The position numbers were made by a program, and so were the translations under genes. A model generated the notes under the pieces. The model had not been told where the DNA came from. It saw nothing but the letters and a program-made list of their open reading frames with translations, and made no database searches. This document shows positions 45,415 to 55,291 of a DNA stretch of 57,997 nt, in pieces; positions within the stretch are counted from its first letter, which is position 1, and every line of letters begins with the position of its first letter. Source of the stretch: a virus (lineage: Duplodnaviria > Caudoviricetes); the IMG/VR virus record IMGVR_UViG_3300020442_004525, positions 1 to 57,997 of that record. One strand, 5' to 3'.

Positions 45415-48384
45415 TTATGTGCTCTCCTCCATAATTATTTCCAATACAGGGCGACGACCAACCCTAGTTAATTCTGTCTGCAGGCTTTCCTCTGTCACAA
45501 TCAATTCGATATTTGGCTCAGATACAACGTTAAACTTATTTAAATAAGCCACAGGGGTTTCCATAAAAGTAAATTCTGAGTTTATTTTTGAAGTTTTAAT
45601 CAGAAGGTCTCCAGGTTCAAGTATCAACTCCACCGCCATTTCTCCGAATCCTGCCCTGCCATCTCCTTCCATAATCAGCTCCATAGCTATTCCGTCCATG
45701 CTAATATCTGCAAAAGATTTTGTTGGGTCAGAAGGAAAGTCGTCAATATTATCCCCAGTTTGATCGCTATCCGCATCCACAGTTTCACGAGGATCGTTCG
45801 GGAATGCGTCAGCATTGTCTCCGATTCCGTCTGAATCACTATCAGCGCTTTCGGTTGGGTCCTCAGGGAATGCATCTATTTCATCAGGCACCCCATCTCC
45901 ATCAGTATCAGTGTCATAAAGTGGATCATTAGGGAATGCATCTGCATTATCCCCTGTTCCATCTCCGTCGCTATCCGCACTTTCAGTTGGGTCATTCGGG
46001 AATACGTCCGAATTATCACCAACACCATCACCATCACTATCAACGGTTTCCGTAGGGTCATTTGGAAATGCGTCTGTATTATCACCTACTCCATCGCTAT
46101 CGCTATCAGTTGTCTCGGATGGGTCGCTTGGGAAGTCGTCAGCATTGTCACCAACACCATCGCTATCACTATCAACGGTTTCTGTTGGGTCATTTGGAAA
46201 CGCGTCTGTGTTATCCCCAACTCCGTCTCCGTCACTATCAGCGCTTTCAGTTGGGTCATTTGGAAATGCATCAGATATATCAGGATACCTATCCCCGTCG
46301 GTATCTACAGGTATAGAATCAGAATAGAAGCTGGCGATTAAACCTAGGGACGCAGGAGGATACTTGGCGCTTCCATGACCATAATCCTCTCCATCAACTC
46401 CATTCGTTGCGCTATTCGGCATGTAATAAGTTTGACCATTAAGAGTGTGGGTATGAAAATCTGTTAAACCTTGACTGGATAAATATAAGGGCCAATAGAA
46501 ACCGTCTCCCTCAACATAAGTATAAAGAGGATCGTTTGAGGAAATATTAGCGTCATATGGGAATACGTCAGTGTTATCTCCCACGCCATCCCCATCACTA
46601 TCAGCGCTTTCAGATGGGTCAGCAGGAAACGCGTCTGTGTTATCCCCAACTCCGTCTCCGTCACTATCAGCGCTTTCATTTGGGTCACTTGGGAATGCAT
46701 CAGATATATCAGGATATCTATCCCCGTCGGTATCTACAGGTATAGAATCAGAGTAGAAACTGGCAGTTAAACCTAAAGAATCAGGAGGGTACCTGACATC
46801 CCCTTGCCCATAATCTTCTCCATCAACGCCAGTTGATGCATCATTAGGCATGTAATAAGTTTTTCCGTTTAGTACATAAGTTTGAAAATCTGACGCATCT
46901 GGATTTACTCCAGTTAAACCTAAATATAAAGGCCAGTAGAAACCGTCTCCCTCCACATAGGTATAAAGAGCGTCATTTGATGAAATATTAGCGTCATCCG
47001 GGAATTGGTCTGCATTATCGCCTACGCCATCTCCGTCGCTATCGATTGACTCTGTGGGGTCATTAGGGAATACATCGGAATTATCACCAACGCCATCTCC
47101 ATCAGAATCTAAATGTTCCGTAGGATCATTAGGTAAATCATCTGCATGTTCACCGTATCCATCTCCATCCACGTCAGACCAATCCGCACTAAAAGATGAG
47201 ACTTCCAGTACGCCATTAACTCGAAGAAAAGTAAAAATTAACTTAGACCCTCCAGCTGTTTCATACTCACTATCAAAACCCTTAGCGCTAACAGAAGCTG
47301 GGTAATCAACCACTCCATCGGAAGATTTAGCAAAAGTACTCCCCTCGAACAAAGAGTGTTTAGCATTAAAAATCATTCCATTTAAAGAAATGCTTGTAAC
47401 ATTCACCCCGTCCGTAATATAAGAAACCTCAGAAGGCAACTCAATAAGACCCAATTCCGAAACCTTCCTAACAGAAGTTCCCTTGGGATGATAATTTTTT
47501 AAAGCTGTAGTAAACACCAAAGAGCCAAATCCTGCGACAGTTACTTGCTCTTCAGAATTAGTACCTTCCCCAATAATAAGGTTATCACCCAAAGAGAATA
47601 ATGATACATCATCTACTTCGAGTACATTTGTGCCAGATCCAGTATCCTGAGAGACAAACGTAACACCGCTAAATGAAGAGTTATAAGAAGGACTATAGTC
47701 CGCGTCCATTTCGTTAGGTATCCCATCTCCGTCAAGATCGGGGTCGGAATTATCACCTATACCATCTCCATCAGTATCAATAGATTCTCCTGGGTCATTC
47801 GGGAATACATCAGAATTATCACCAACACCATCACCATCCGTATCAGTGGTTTCTGTAGCGTCAAAAGGAAAGGCGTCTTGATTATCAAAAACTCCGTCGC
47901 CGTCACTATCAGGATTAGCATAGGCCTTAGCAAGGATATGAATCTTAAAACCCGAAGACCTTATTTCATCACTAATATAAAAATCAAATTCACTATTCCT
48001 TATATTCGCTACCCCTGTAACATAAAAATTAAAATCCACACCCACAGGAGACTCTAACTGACAAAAAACGGAAACCAAATCACCCACAAGGTTTTTTCCA
48101 AAAGAAAGTGTCGATGAAGTAAAACCTATAGGAAGATCGTAAGAAATAACAGCCTCAGAACCAGAACTTTCCCCAATACTAATTGTATCCCTAATTGCTT
48201 TCCAAAACAAATCCCCATTAGAATTAAAGTCAGCTATATAAAATTGACCAGACTCGCTCGAAGCAACAGCGCCCTCAAAAGGAGGGTCCGTTTCATCCAG
48301 AAAGTCTGTAGAAACCTTCTGAAGCTTTAGTGGCATAGCTGCCAGAATATTACCTAATTGAGCCTGAATATTACTTAAACTCAT
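45415..48384 (-). CDS. Thrombospondin type-3 repeat (Ca-binding) protein
   Basis: About 20 D.DGDGVGDN.D.FP.DP.E repeats. Confidence 0.88.
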   Translation of the reverse strand: MSLSNIQAQLGNILAAMPLKLQKVSTDFLDETDPPFEGAVASSESGQFYIADFNSNGDLFWKAIRDTISIGESSGSEAVISYDLPIGFTSSTLSFGKNLVGDLVSVFCQLESPVGVDFNFYVTGVANIRNSEFDFYISDEIRSSGFKIHILAKAYANPDSDGDGVFDNQDAFPFDATETTDTDGDGVGDNSDVFPNDPGESIDTDGDGIGDNSDPDLDGDGIPNEMDADYSPSYNSSFSGVTFVSQDTGSGTNVLEVDDVSLFSLGDNLIIGEGTNSEEQVTVAGFGSLVFTTALKNYHPKGTSVRKVSELGLIELPSEVSYITDGVNVTSISLNGMIFNAKHSLFEGSTFAKSSDGVVDYPASVSAKGFDSEYETAGGSKLIFTFLRVNGVLEVSSFSADWSDVDGDGYGEHADDLPNDPTEHLDSDGDGVGDNSDVFPNDPTESIDSDGDGVGDNADQFPDDANISSNDALYTYVEGDGFYWPLYLGLTGVNPDASDFQTYVLNGKTYYMPNDASTGVDGEDYGQGDVRYPPDSLGLTASFYSDSIPVDTDGDRYPDISDAFPSDPNESADSDGDGVGDNTDAFPADPSESADSDGDGVGDNTDVFPYDANISSNDPLYTYVEGDGFYWPLYLSSQGLTDFHTHTLNGQTYYMPNSATNGVDGEDYGHGSAKYPPASLGLIASFYSDSIPVDTDGDRYPDISDAFPNDPTESADSDGDGVGDNTDAFPNDPTETVDSDSDGVGDNADDFPSDPSETTDSDSDGVGDNTDAFPNDPTETVDSDGDGVGDNSDVFPNDPTESADSDGDGTGDNADAFPNDPLYDTDTDGDGVPDEIDAFPEDPTESADSDSDGIGDNADAFPNDPRETVDADSDQTGDNIDDFPSDPTKSFADISMDGIAMELIMEGDGRAGFGEMAVELILEPGDLLIKTSKINSEFTFMETPVAYLNKFNVVSEPNIELIVTEESLQTELTRVGRRPVLEIIMEEST
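45730..47180 (-). repeat. TSP3 repeat tract (about 69-bp units) with a larger ~430-bp duplication
   Basis: The block ANISSND.LYTYVEGDGFYWPLYL...FYSDSIPVDTDGDRYPDISDAFP occurs twice (tcagatatatcagga at 46271 and 46700). Confidence 0.85.
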
Positions 48385-50651
48385 TAGATACTTTCCTCCA
48401 CGGTTATAAATACATCTTTAACATTCCCAGCGTTTGTGATAACTTGGTTATCTATAACAATTTTATTATTATCTATAACCCCAAAAGCAGCCTCAAGATT
48501 ACTAGTTCCATCTTGTTTTGCGCCATCAATAGCTGAATCATAATTGACAGAAAAAGAATTACCACCTTCAGGCTGAACAGAAACAGTCAATTTTGAAATA
48601 TTATAAATATCAACACCCAACTCGACAGGCTCATAAGCTGTAGCTAAAGCCTTAACAGTGCGCTGATTAAAACCTCTGACAGTTGCAATATCCTCTCCGG
48701 AAAACGTTTCTCCAATCACCTTAGTACCAGTAAAGTTTATAGTAAAAGGCCCCCTGGGAGTTTGATCACTAACAGATAACTGCAAAGAATATCTTTTATC
48801 ATTAACCCTGTTTAAATTTGAAACAGATATATTTGCATCAGATACAGAATCTACAGTTAAATCAGAAACCTCCTCACCCAAGCTAATAGTGATATTATTT
48901 AATACCGCTCCAGAATTTGAAGAACTAAAAGTATTCGGAGAGAAACTTAAAGAAGGTATGGTTCCAAAAGATTGAATCTGAACAGAAGAACTTGAAAAGC
49001 TAGATGTCCGCCCATTAGAAGCTTTCCATAAAGTTACAGACATAGATCCACTGGTTCTATTTGAAGCATTCTCAGCGGAGACAACAAACGGTTCTTGAGT
49101 TAAACCTGTACTTGGGGTTGAAATAAACTTCAATACAGAGCTTTTAGAAAAATTATAATAATCAAAGTTATTAGCTGAAACATTAAAATTAACCCGATCA
49201 GTGGTATTATTTATTATACCTGTGGTATTAGAAACTTGAGTGGTACTGAGGTGGGTTGTCACCTGACTAGTATACATTATGTGGCCATTATCAATTCCAG
49301 ATCCCGCTTGGCCATTATGAGCATGAGATCTACCTGCGGATGCATCAGCAATTGATCCATTAACCCAAGCCACAAACCAACCAACCGTAGGGTTACTTGA
49401 GGAAATCTTTATGGCAAGAGTTTTACCGTCGCCACTTAAGGAAAATTCATTAGAAGACTGACTAAAACTAAGCGTTGCGGATGTTACTCCTAAATAAATC
49501 CCTGTTAAATTAACATAAACATATCTACTGGGCCATCGTCCATGATTAGTGCCTATTCTAATCTGCACTCCAGTCACTACCGTAGTAGGAACTATAGAGA
49601 AAGATAAGCTTCCAGACGGAGATTGATTATTGGTAGTAATTGTATTAGAAGATGTTAATGTTGTAGATTCATTTCCAACTAAATCCCAAGTTTTTGCTGT
49701 AAATGTTTTATCAGAAGGAGAATTTCCTGCTCCAGATATATTTACATTAGCCTCAACAGTAAAAGTTCCGTCACCATTATCAGTAAAGCCACTATAGATA
49801 TATTTTGATGATATCGCTGAACCACTAAGCAATACTCTGTCAGGCTGCTTCCTGACTGTAACCCTAACCCTTGCAGTATCACCATTTTTTGCCTCAGTTT
49901 GCTGAGAAGAAACATTTCCGTCTGTGGCAGAATTAAAAGACGAAGTTCCATAAAAGCTTGATGTGCCCTGTAAATTAATAAACTCCGCACTAACAACCTC
50001 TGGAGGTTGGTCTCTTTCAAGGCTCACGAAAGTCTTCCTGGATCCATTCTTAAAAAAGTAGGTTTTAGGAGTAGAAGAGTCTAACCTAACTGTTGCATTA
50101 AAAGAGTACCCATTTGAGTGAATACTTAAATCTTGATCATCTATTCGTATCGCATTCTCTGAGTCACCACTAACATAATAAAATATTTCAGGTTTATAAG
50201 TTTGAGCATCACCCCGCTCAACCATAAGCTTAACATCGACTTGGTTACTAGCAGTCCTAACCTTTCTCACGATAGCTCCACCATACTCGGATTCTAAAAT
50301 TTCCCTAACTCCGCCAACAGCAGTTACATCTGTCACAAAAACAGGTCCAGTATCTAAACCTCCAGAAGTCTCAGAATCCCCACCTCCCCCAGAAGTCTCT
50401 GCAGCAGTTAGAGATCCAACAACTATCTCATCAAAGAATCCAGTTTGACCTCTGAATACGAACCCGCTAATGTCCCCAGATTCCGTAGTGAAATCAACAA
50501 TCTGAGAAACTCTCATGTCTCCAGAAACCGTCAGGTCTCCCCTAACGGTTACGTCGTTTATGAAATCTTTATGCCCAAATACTTCCTCATCTCCACTTAA
50601 TCTCATGTAGAGTCCAGATATAGGGTCTTCTTTTGGTATAAATCCTGCCAT
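48384..50651 (-). CDS. Ser/Thr-rich, Ig-like putative structural protein
   Basis: 755 aa. LYMRLSGDEEVFGHKDF N-terminal motif; FTDNGDGTFTV and AKTWDLVGNES Ig-like strands. Confidence 0.6.
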   Translation of the reverse strand: MAGFIPKEDPISGLYMRLSGDEEVFGHKDFINDVTVRGDLTVSGDMRVSQIVDFTTESGDISGFVFRGQTGFFDEIVVGSLTAAETSGGGGDSETSGGLDTGPVFVTDVTAVGGVREILESEYGGAIVRKVRTASNQVDVKLMVERGDAQTYKPEIFYYVSGDSENAIRIDDQDLSIHSNGYSFNATVRLDSSTPKTYFFKNGSRKTFVSLERDQPPEVVSAEFINLQGTSSFYGTSSFNSATDGNVSSQQTEAKNGDTARVRVTVRKQPDRVLLSGSAISSKYIYSGFTDNGDGTFTVEANVNISGAGNSPSDKTFTAKTWDLVGNESTTLTSSNTITTNNQSPSGSLSFSIVPTTVVTGVQIRIGTNHGRWPSRYVYVNLTGIYLGVTSATLSFSQSSNEFSLSGDGKTLAIKISSSNPTVGWFVAWVNGSIADASAGRSHAHNGQAGSGIDNGHIMYTSQVTTHLSTTQVSNTTGIINNTTDRVNFNVSANNFDYYNFSKSSVLKFISTPSTGLTQEPFVVSAENASNRTSGSMSVTLWKASNGRTSSFSSSSVQIQSFGTIPSLSFSPNTFSSSNSGAVLNNITISLGEEVSDLTVDSVSDANISVSNLNRVNDKRYSLQLSVSDQTPRGPFTINFTGTKVIGETFSGEDIATVRGFNQRTVKALATAYEPVELGVDIYNISKLTVSVQPEGGNSFSVNYDSAIDGAKQDGTSNLEAAFGVIDNNKIVIDNQVITNAGNVKDVFITVEESI

Positions 50652-50959
50652 CAGATATCAGTATATGTTACGGTGACAGTTACCCTGCCTCCAACTTGCG
50701 CCTCGACCCATATTGAGTCTCCAGCTTCTAATATAAACTTTTCTTCTAAGGTGAAAGTTTGACTTGGAGGTATATAAAGTTTAGCTAAAACTTTATTCTC
50801 CAAAGATGGTGATTCTCCGTCTTGAACGACATAAAGATCTATAACGTCCGCATGCTTAGTGTCAGCGTTACATAAAAATATACAGAGATTCGCAAGCTTA
50901 GTCTGCCCAGCATTTATTATCTCAGATAACCCGTCTACAGTAAATTTATTCTCAATCAT
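50651..50959 (-). CDS. Small conserved-type phage structural protein
   Basis: IFLCN...IDLYVV...IPPSQTF...KFILEAGDSI. Translationally coupled to the portal gene. Confidence 0.65.
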   Translation of the reverse strand: MIENKFTVDGLSEIINAGQTKLANLCIFLCNADTKHADVIDLYVVQDGESPSLENKVLAKLYIPPSQTFTLEEKFILEAGDSIWVEAQVGGRVTVTVTYTDI

Positions 50960-52940
50960 TCTCTTGCCTCCGCTTACTGTGATAATATAGAGCTGCAGGA
51001 TATATAGACATTTCTTTGGTTTGACTAATTTCTAAAACATCTTCAATGCAACCCAGACTAGATATTTTATTATTATCATCTATGCAAGCCTTGGCTAGAG
51101 ATTCCCATGATTCTAGTTCTGTAGAACAAATAATGGATTCGCACAAATCTTCTGCGGCTTTGTCTTGGGCTTTATTTAATTTCTTTTTATATTTAGATCT
51201 CAAACCCTTTTTCACAAACTCGCTCAGACTTTCAGCTTTATAGATAATTTGTTGAATATCTTCCCTGGATATTTTATCTCCAGAACTTTCTTGAGGTATG
51301 CCCTTGGTTCCTGCGGGTCTACCAGTCTCTCCACCCCCTGGTGTCACAGGCTGTTCGGAGCCAGCAGGTTCAATCATAGGAACTCCACCTACCAACGGAT
51401 TATAAAGGCCGTCCTCTCTTTCTTTTGAATATTCCTCTTGAGCATTTTTTAAGTCTACGCTCTGAGGGTAAATTCCAGTTTTAATTGCATCAATCCCTTG
51501 TTCAGGAGTAAGAACTCCCAATTCAAGCAATCGCGTGACAACTCTTTGAAATTGTACTTCATCCTTAATATCTATTTCTTCAAATTTAGCCCGAGGATAA
51601 TCCCTAAGGCCTAAATTTTGACACACCATTTTAATTTGAGGCTGAAGAAAATCATTAAGAAAAGCGTTTCTAGCTTCCTTTAGTCTTTCTAAAAATATTT
51701 CTGCTTTAACTTGAGTATTACTATATCTTTCATCTCCTACGATTATATTTTGAAGACCCTCCTTAATATCTTGATTAACTATTTGATATTTATCTGGCCC
51801 AACTACTTTTCTTAAATCTGGTATAACAAAGTCAGCCTTGGTAGTATAATCACTAACAAGAACCCTGCCGACACTTTCGTTCATAAATAGGTGTTGCATA
51901 GCCTCTAGGTTTTTGGGGTTTATCCCGCCTTTATCTGGCTCAGTACCCATTGTGATTAATAAAATTACATTCTCTATAGTTCTACATATAGCCTGATCAA
52001 TTTTCTTTAGCTCAATCTTATAATTAATATCATCTAAGACTGGGTAACCAAAAGGAACAGCGAAGGGCTCATAATCTTGTTTTTTATAAAAGGAATATAT
52101 AAGGCGCTGAGGCTCTAATGGAATCTCAACACCATCCCTAGTAAAAGTTCCGTTTTTAATTTTCTTTTTTAATTCAGCATCTAAACTTTTATAAACTTGT
52201 TCATCATACTCAGTTTTAGGGTCTGCCAATCTTTCCAGATCATACTCAGACAGCACCTTAAAATACGCCCCTTCGGAAAAAGATGTAGACCTTTTGGCTG
52301 TAATATCGTACGGGTTTAAAAATATATATTTTAAAGGAATCATGCCGGGCTTAATGGAAGAACCATAAACCTTAGATATCTTATTAAAGTCTTCTACAGA
52401 AAACTTTCCGTCAACCCTGTATATAAAAATATTACCAGATCTATAATACTCCCTAAAGTATTGATCTCTAATTTTCCATAGACCAATCTTATCAAACCAC
52501 TTTAAGCAAAAATCTCTACCCTTCTGATTTCCACCCTCTAGGATAATTTCTGAATTAGCAAACTCAGACATTACATCTACAGCATTCCTGAAGATTGGTA
52601 TATTAGCGTAAGCCTTCTGGCAAAGTTCTACAGCCTGCCTTATATTTATACCAGTTGAACTAGAGTCGTACGGCAATAGCCCAGATTCAATATTAGAAAA
52701 TTGATTCTTCTTATCAGAATGATGTATCTTATTCTTCCTTTTGGCGTTAGGCAAAGAATTAGACTCAGTCCTACTTGCCAAAGCCTCTATAGCAAAACTA
52801 TGATTAGACTGAGAATAATAATTATCTCCAGCAAAAATTGGCGGCACGGAAACCTCTGGATTAATATTGAGATTACCCGTTGAAGACTTATCAAACTTTT
52901 TCCAATAGTCAGACTTTTTTGTATACTTCCTCTTTTTCAC
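50952..52940 (-). CDS. Portal protein
   Basis: AY...PIFRNAVDVMSEF, FREYYRSGNIFIY, KKQDYEPFAVP, FLERLKEARNAF..DFLQPQIK, P.AKFEE, GRPAG tail. GTG start. Confidence 0.8.
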   Translation of the reverse strand: MKKRKYTKKSDYWKKFDKSSTGNLNINPEVSVPPIFAGDNYYSQSNHSFAIEALASRTESNSLPNAKRKNKIHHSDKKNQFSNIESGLLPYDSSSTGINIRQAVELCQKAYANIPIFRNAVDVMSEFANSEIILEGGNQKGRDFCLKWFDKIGLWKIRDQYFREYYRSGNIFIYRVDGKFSVEDFNKISKVYGSSIKPGMIPLKYIFLNPYDITAKRSTSFSEGAYFKVLSEYDLERLADPKTEYDEQVYKSLDAELKKKIKNGTFTRDGVEIPLEPQRLIYSFYKKQDYEPFAVPFGYPVLDDINYKIELKKIDQAICRTIENVILLITMGTEPDKGGINPKNLEAMQHLFMNESVGRVLVSDYTTKADFVIPDLRKVVGPDKYQIVNQDIKEGLQNIIVGDERYSNTQVKAEIFLERLKEARNAFLNDFLQPQIKMVCQNLGLRDYPRAKFEEIDIKDEVQFQRVVTRLLELGVLTPEQGIDAIKTGIYPQSVDLKNAQEEYSKEREDGLYNPLVGGVPMIEPAGSEQPVTPGGGETGRPAGTKGIPQESSGDKISREDIQQIIYKAESLSEFVKKGLRSKYKKKLNKAQDKAAEDLCESIICSTELESWESLAKACIDDNNKISSLGCIEDVLEISQTKEMSIYPAALYYHSKRRQEND

Positions 52941-53057
52941 TGATTATTTTACACAATATATTATGCAAAAGTCCAAGTAAAGTCCAAAGTTAACTTTTAA
53001 ACATTCATTTTACAGTTTAAACTCTAATATACAAAGCAATCGTGTAATTAAAAAAAC
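52941..53057. promoter_or_regulatory. Divergent control region with two GTGTA motifs, a direct repeat and a palindrome
   Basis: Minus-strand GTGTAAAATAATCA-GTG (52954). Plus-strand GTGTAATTAAAAAAAC-ATG (53042). AAAGTCCAA twice; AAAGTTAACTTT at 52986-52997. Confidence 0.6.
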
Positions 53058-54185
53058 ATGAACATAGCCATCGTTTCAAATTTTAGCAAAAGCATCTTCT
53101 CCAACGGCTTAACTCAGAACCTTCTTTATCTACACGGGGTTTTAGATAAAAGCGGATTTAATGTTTTTTTTATAGATTTATCAAGAGAAACTAAATCTAA
53201 AAAAATAGAAAAAACAAACAAAACATTCTTGAAAAACAAGCAAGTTATACCAATGCGAAATTTAAACAAAAGACATAAATGCGACATAATCTTAAACCCA
53301 TCAATGGCAATAATAGAATCTGAAAAAGATTTTATTTTATCTAAAATACAATGCAAACCAAAATATGTCACAATAAAATACGGAAACAATACCATATCAA
53401 GAATGCAAAGATGGTTCTTAAATAAAGCTGAGTCCACCGCCCTACATGAACCAATTAAATCGGAACCGTTTTACGATGCAGCACTACTATCCCCCCACTT
53501 TTACTACGCGCACCAAGCAGAAGGGATTATAAATGAATGTAACATAAAAACAATACCATACCTATGGTCTCCTGAAATTTTCATAAAACAATCTAAACTT
53601 TATGGAATCGATGATCTTTATTATAAAAAAACAAAATCAAGACAAATCGTTGTACCAGAACCAAACCTTGAAATTGCAAAAAATTTCTACATACCCATAT
53701 TGTCACTTATCCACCTACTAAGAACCAATCCGAACCACTTTGATGAAGCGACTATAACAAACAGTATGAATATAATACAAGAAAAAGGTATTAAAAATTT
53801 TATATTATATAATTTAGGATTAAACAAATTTCCAAAGAAAATATTTTTCGATGAGAGGCATGTACTATGCAGCACTTTAAATAAATATAATCCATTAATT
53901 TTAACACATCAGTTATTTTGCGAATTAAATTATGTATTCCTTGAGTCCTTGCATTTTGGTTACCCGCTTGTTCATAACTCAAAAATGATCGAGAACCACG
54001 GCTACTTCTATAAAGATTTCCAATGTATTGACGCGGCAGAAAAAATAAAAGAAGCGTTCGAATCCCATAACGACAAACTTCAGGAATATATAGACTCATC
54101 TCAAGAAGAAACCTGGAAGTACAACCCAGACAACCCCGAGGTGCAACGGAGCTACGAATCACTTATGAATGATTTAATAAAATGA
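53058..54185 (+). CDS. DUF2827-like putative glycosyltransferase (paralogue 1)
   Basis: SIFSNGLTQN, IPYLWSP, EPNLEIAKNFYIP, THQLFCELNYVFLE..GYPLVHNS..GYFY. Confidence 0.75.
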   Translation: MNIAIVSNFSKSIFSNGLTQNLLYLHGVLDKSGFNVFFIDLSRETKSKKIEKTNKTFLKNKQVIPMRNLNKRHKCDIILNPSMAIIESEKDFILSKIQCKPKYVTIKYGNNTISRMQRWFLNKAESTALHEPIKSEPFYDAALLSPHFYYAHQAEGIINECNIKTIPYLWSPEIFIKQSKLYGIDDLYYKKTKSRQIVVPEPNLEIAKNFYIPILSLIHLLRTNPNHFDEATITNSMNIIQEKGIKNFILYNLGLNKFPKKIFFDERHVLCSTLNKYNPLILTHQLFCELNYVFLESLHFGYPLVHNSKMIENHGYFYKDFQCIDAAEKIKEAFESHNDKLQEYIDSSQEETWKYNPDNPEVQRSYESLMNDLIK

Positions 54186-55291
54186 AAATAGCAATAACAT
54201 CTAAATTCACATCAAGTTTTTTTTCAAACGGTTTAAACCAAAACCTAGTACTATTATATGAATGCTTAGAACAGTGTGGATTTGAAGTTTATTTTCTAGA
54301 TTTTACAAATAAAAATAACAACGAAGTCTTTAATGAGCATTTCTTCCTGCAAAACAAAAACATATTAAACTGGTGGGAATTTCAAGATTCAACACTACAA
54401 ATAGACATGCTATTATGCCCCGGAGTTTCAGCAAATACAGACATCAAAAAATGCTTAAGGCTTAAAAATCCGTCCGTAAAATTCGTAGCAGTTAAGTATG
54501 GCAACAATTTAATAACTGACAGTCATAAATTTTTTCTATCAAACCCTCCTATATATTATTCAATGGATTCAGACAGGGGAATGGATCACGTACTTTACTC
54601 ACCTCACTATAAATTCCAAAGACAGTATTATGAATTCACAGAACGAGCTCCAAGCAGCGAAATACCATACATATGGGATCCAAAATTTATAGAGTTTGAA
54701 AGTAATAACCTATCAATAGACCCAACCTTTAAACCTTGCGAAAAACCAAACATAGCAGTAGTAGAGCCAAATTTAAACATATCAAAAACATCATTCTTAC
54801 CCTTTCTATCCATAGTAAACTTAATCGAAAAGAATAAGTCGAACACGTTCGACCAGGCTTATATTTTTTCAGCCAACAATAATACAGATCACACAAACCT
54901 CGCAGAATACCTCTATAAACATACAATCCTAAAAGAAAACAGGGCAAAGATCTTCTTTGATCAAAGAGAAAAGATGCCAATTATTTTATCAAGAGATAAT
55001 CCAATTATACTATCTCATCAGTTTTACAATGAATTAAATTATGTATACCTAGAAGCAATCTATTACAACTATCCATTAGTTCATAATAGTGAAGCATTTA
55101 AGGATTACGGCTTTTACTACAGTGGCTTCAATATAGAAGATGCATCAAATCAACTATTACTTGCGATAGAAAAAGCTAAAGATTGGCCAAGAGATATCTC
55201 ACACATAGGCTTACATCTAATAGAGAAATACAGTATCAAGAAAAACAAAAACAAAATAAAGAAAATTTTACTAGATATAAAAAATGATTAA
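54182..55291 (+). CDS. DUF2827-like putative glycosyltransferase (paralogue 2)
   Basis: SFFSNGLNQN, IPYIWDP, EPNLNISKTSFLP, SHQFYNELNYVYLE..YPLVHNS..YGFYY. Confidence 0.78.
   Translation: MKIAITSKFTSSFFSNGLNQNLVLLYECLEQCGFEVYFLDFTNKNNNEVFNEHFFLQNKNILNWWEFQDSTLQIDMLLCPGVSANTDIKKCLRLKNPSVKFVAVKYGNNLITDSHKFFLSNPPIYYSMDSDRGMDHVLYSPHYKFQRQYYEFTERAPSSEIPYIWDPKFIEFESNNLSIDPTFKPCEKPNIAVVEPNLNISKTSFLPFLSIVNLIEKNKSNTFDQAYIFSANNNTDHTNLAEYLYKHTILKENRAKIFFDQREKMPIILSRDNPIILSHQFYNELNYVYLEAIYYNYPLVHNSEAFKDYGFYYSGFNIEDASNQLLLAIEKAKDWPRDISHIGLHLIEKYSIKKNKNKIKKILLDIKND

Noticed and set aside
46260-47000. Possible diversity-generating retroelement TR/VR pair
   Set aside because: Both copies are in-frame in one gene, the differences are not adenine-specific, and there is no reverse transcriptase in the window.
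45687-47305. Many short alternative-frame ORFs
   Set aside because: By-products of the TSP3 repeats inside the 989-aa gene.
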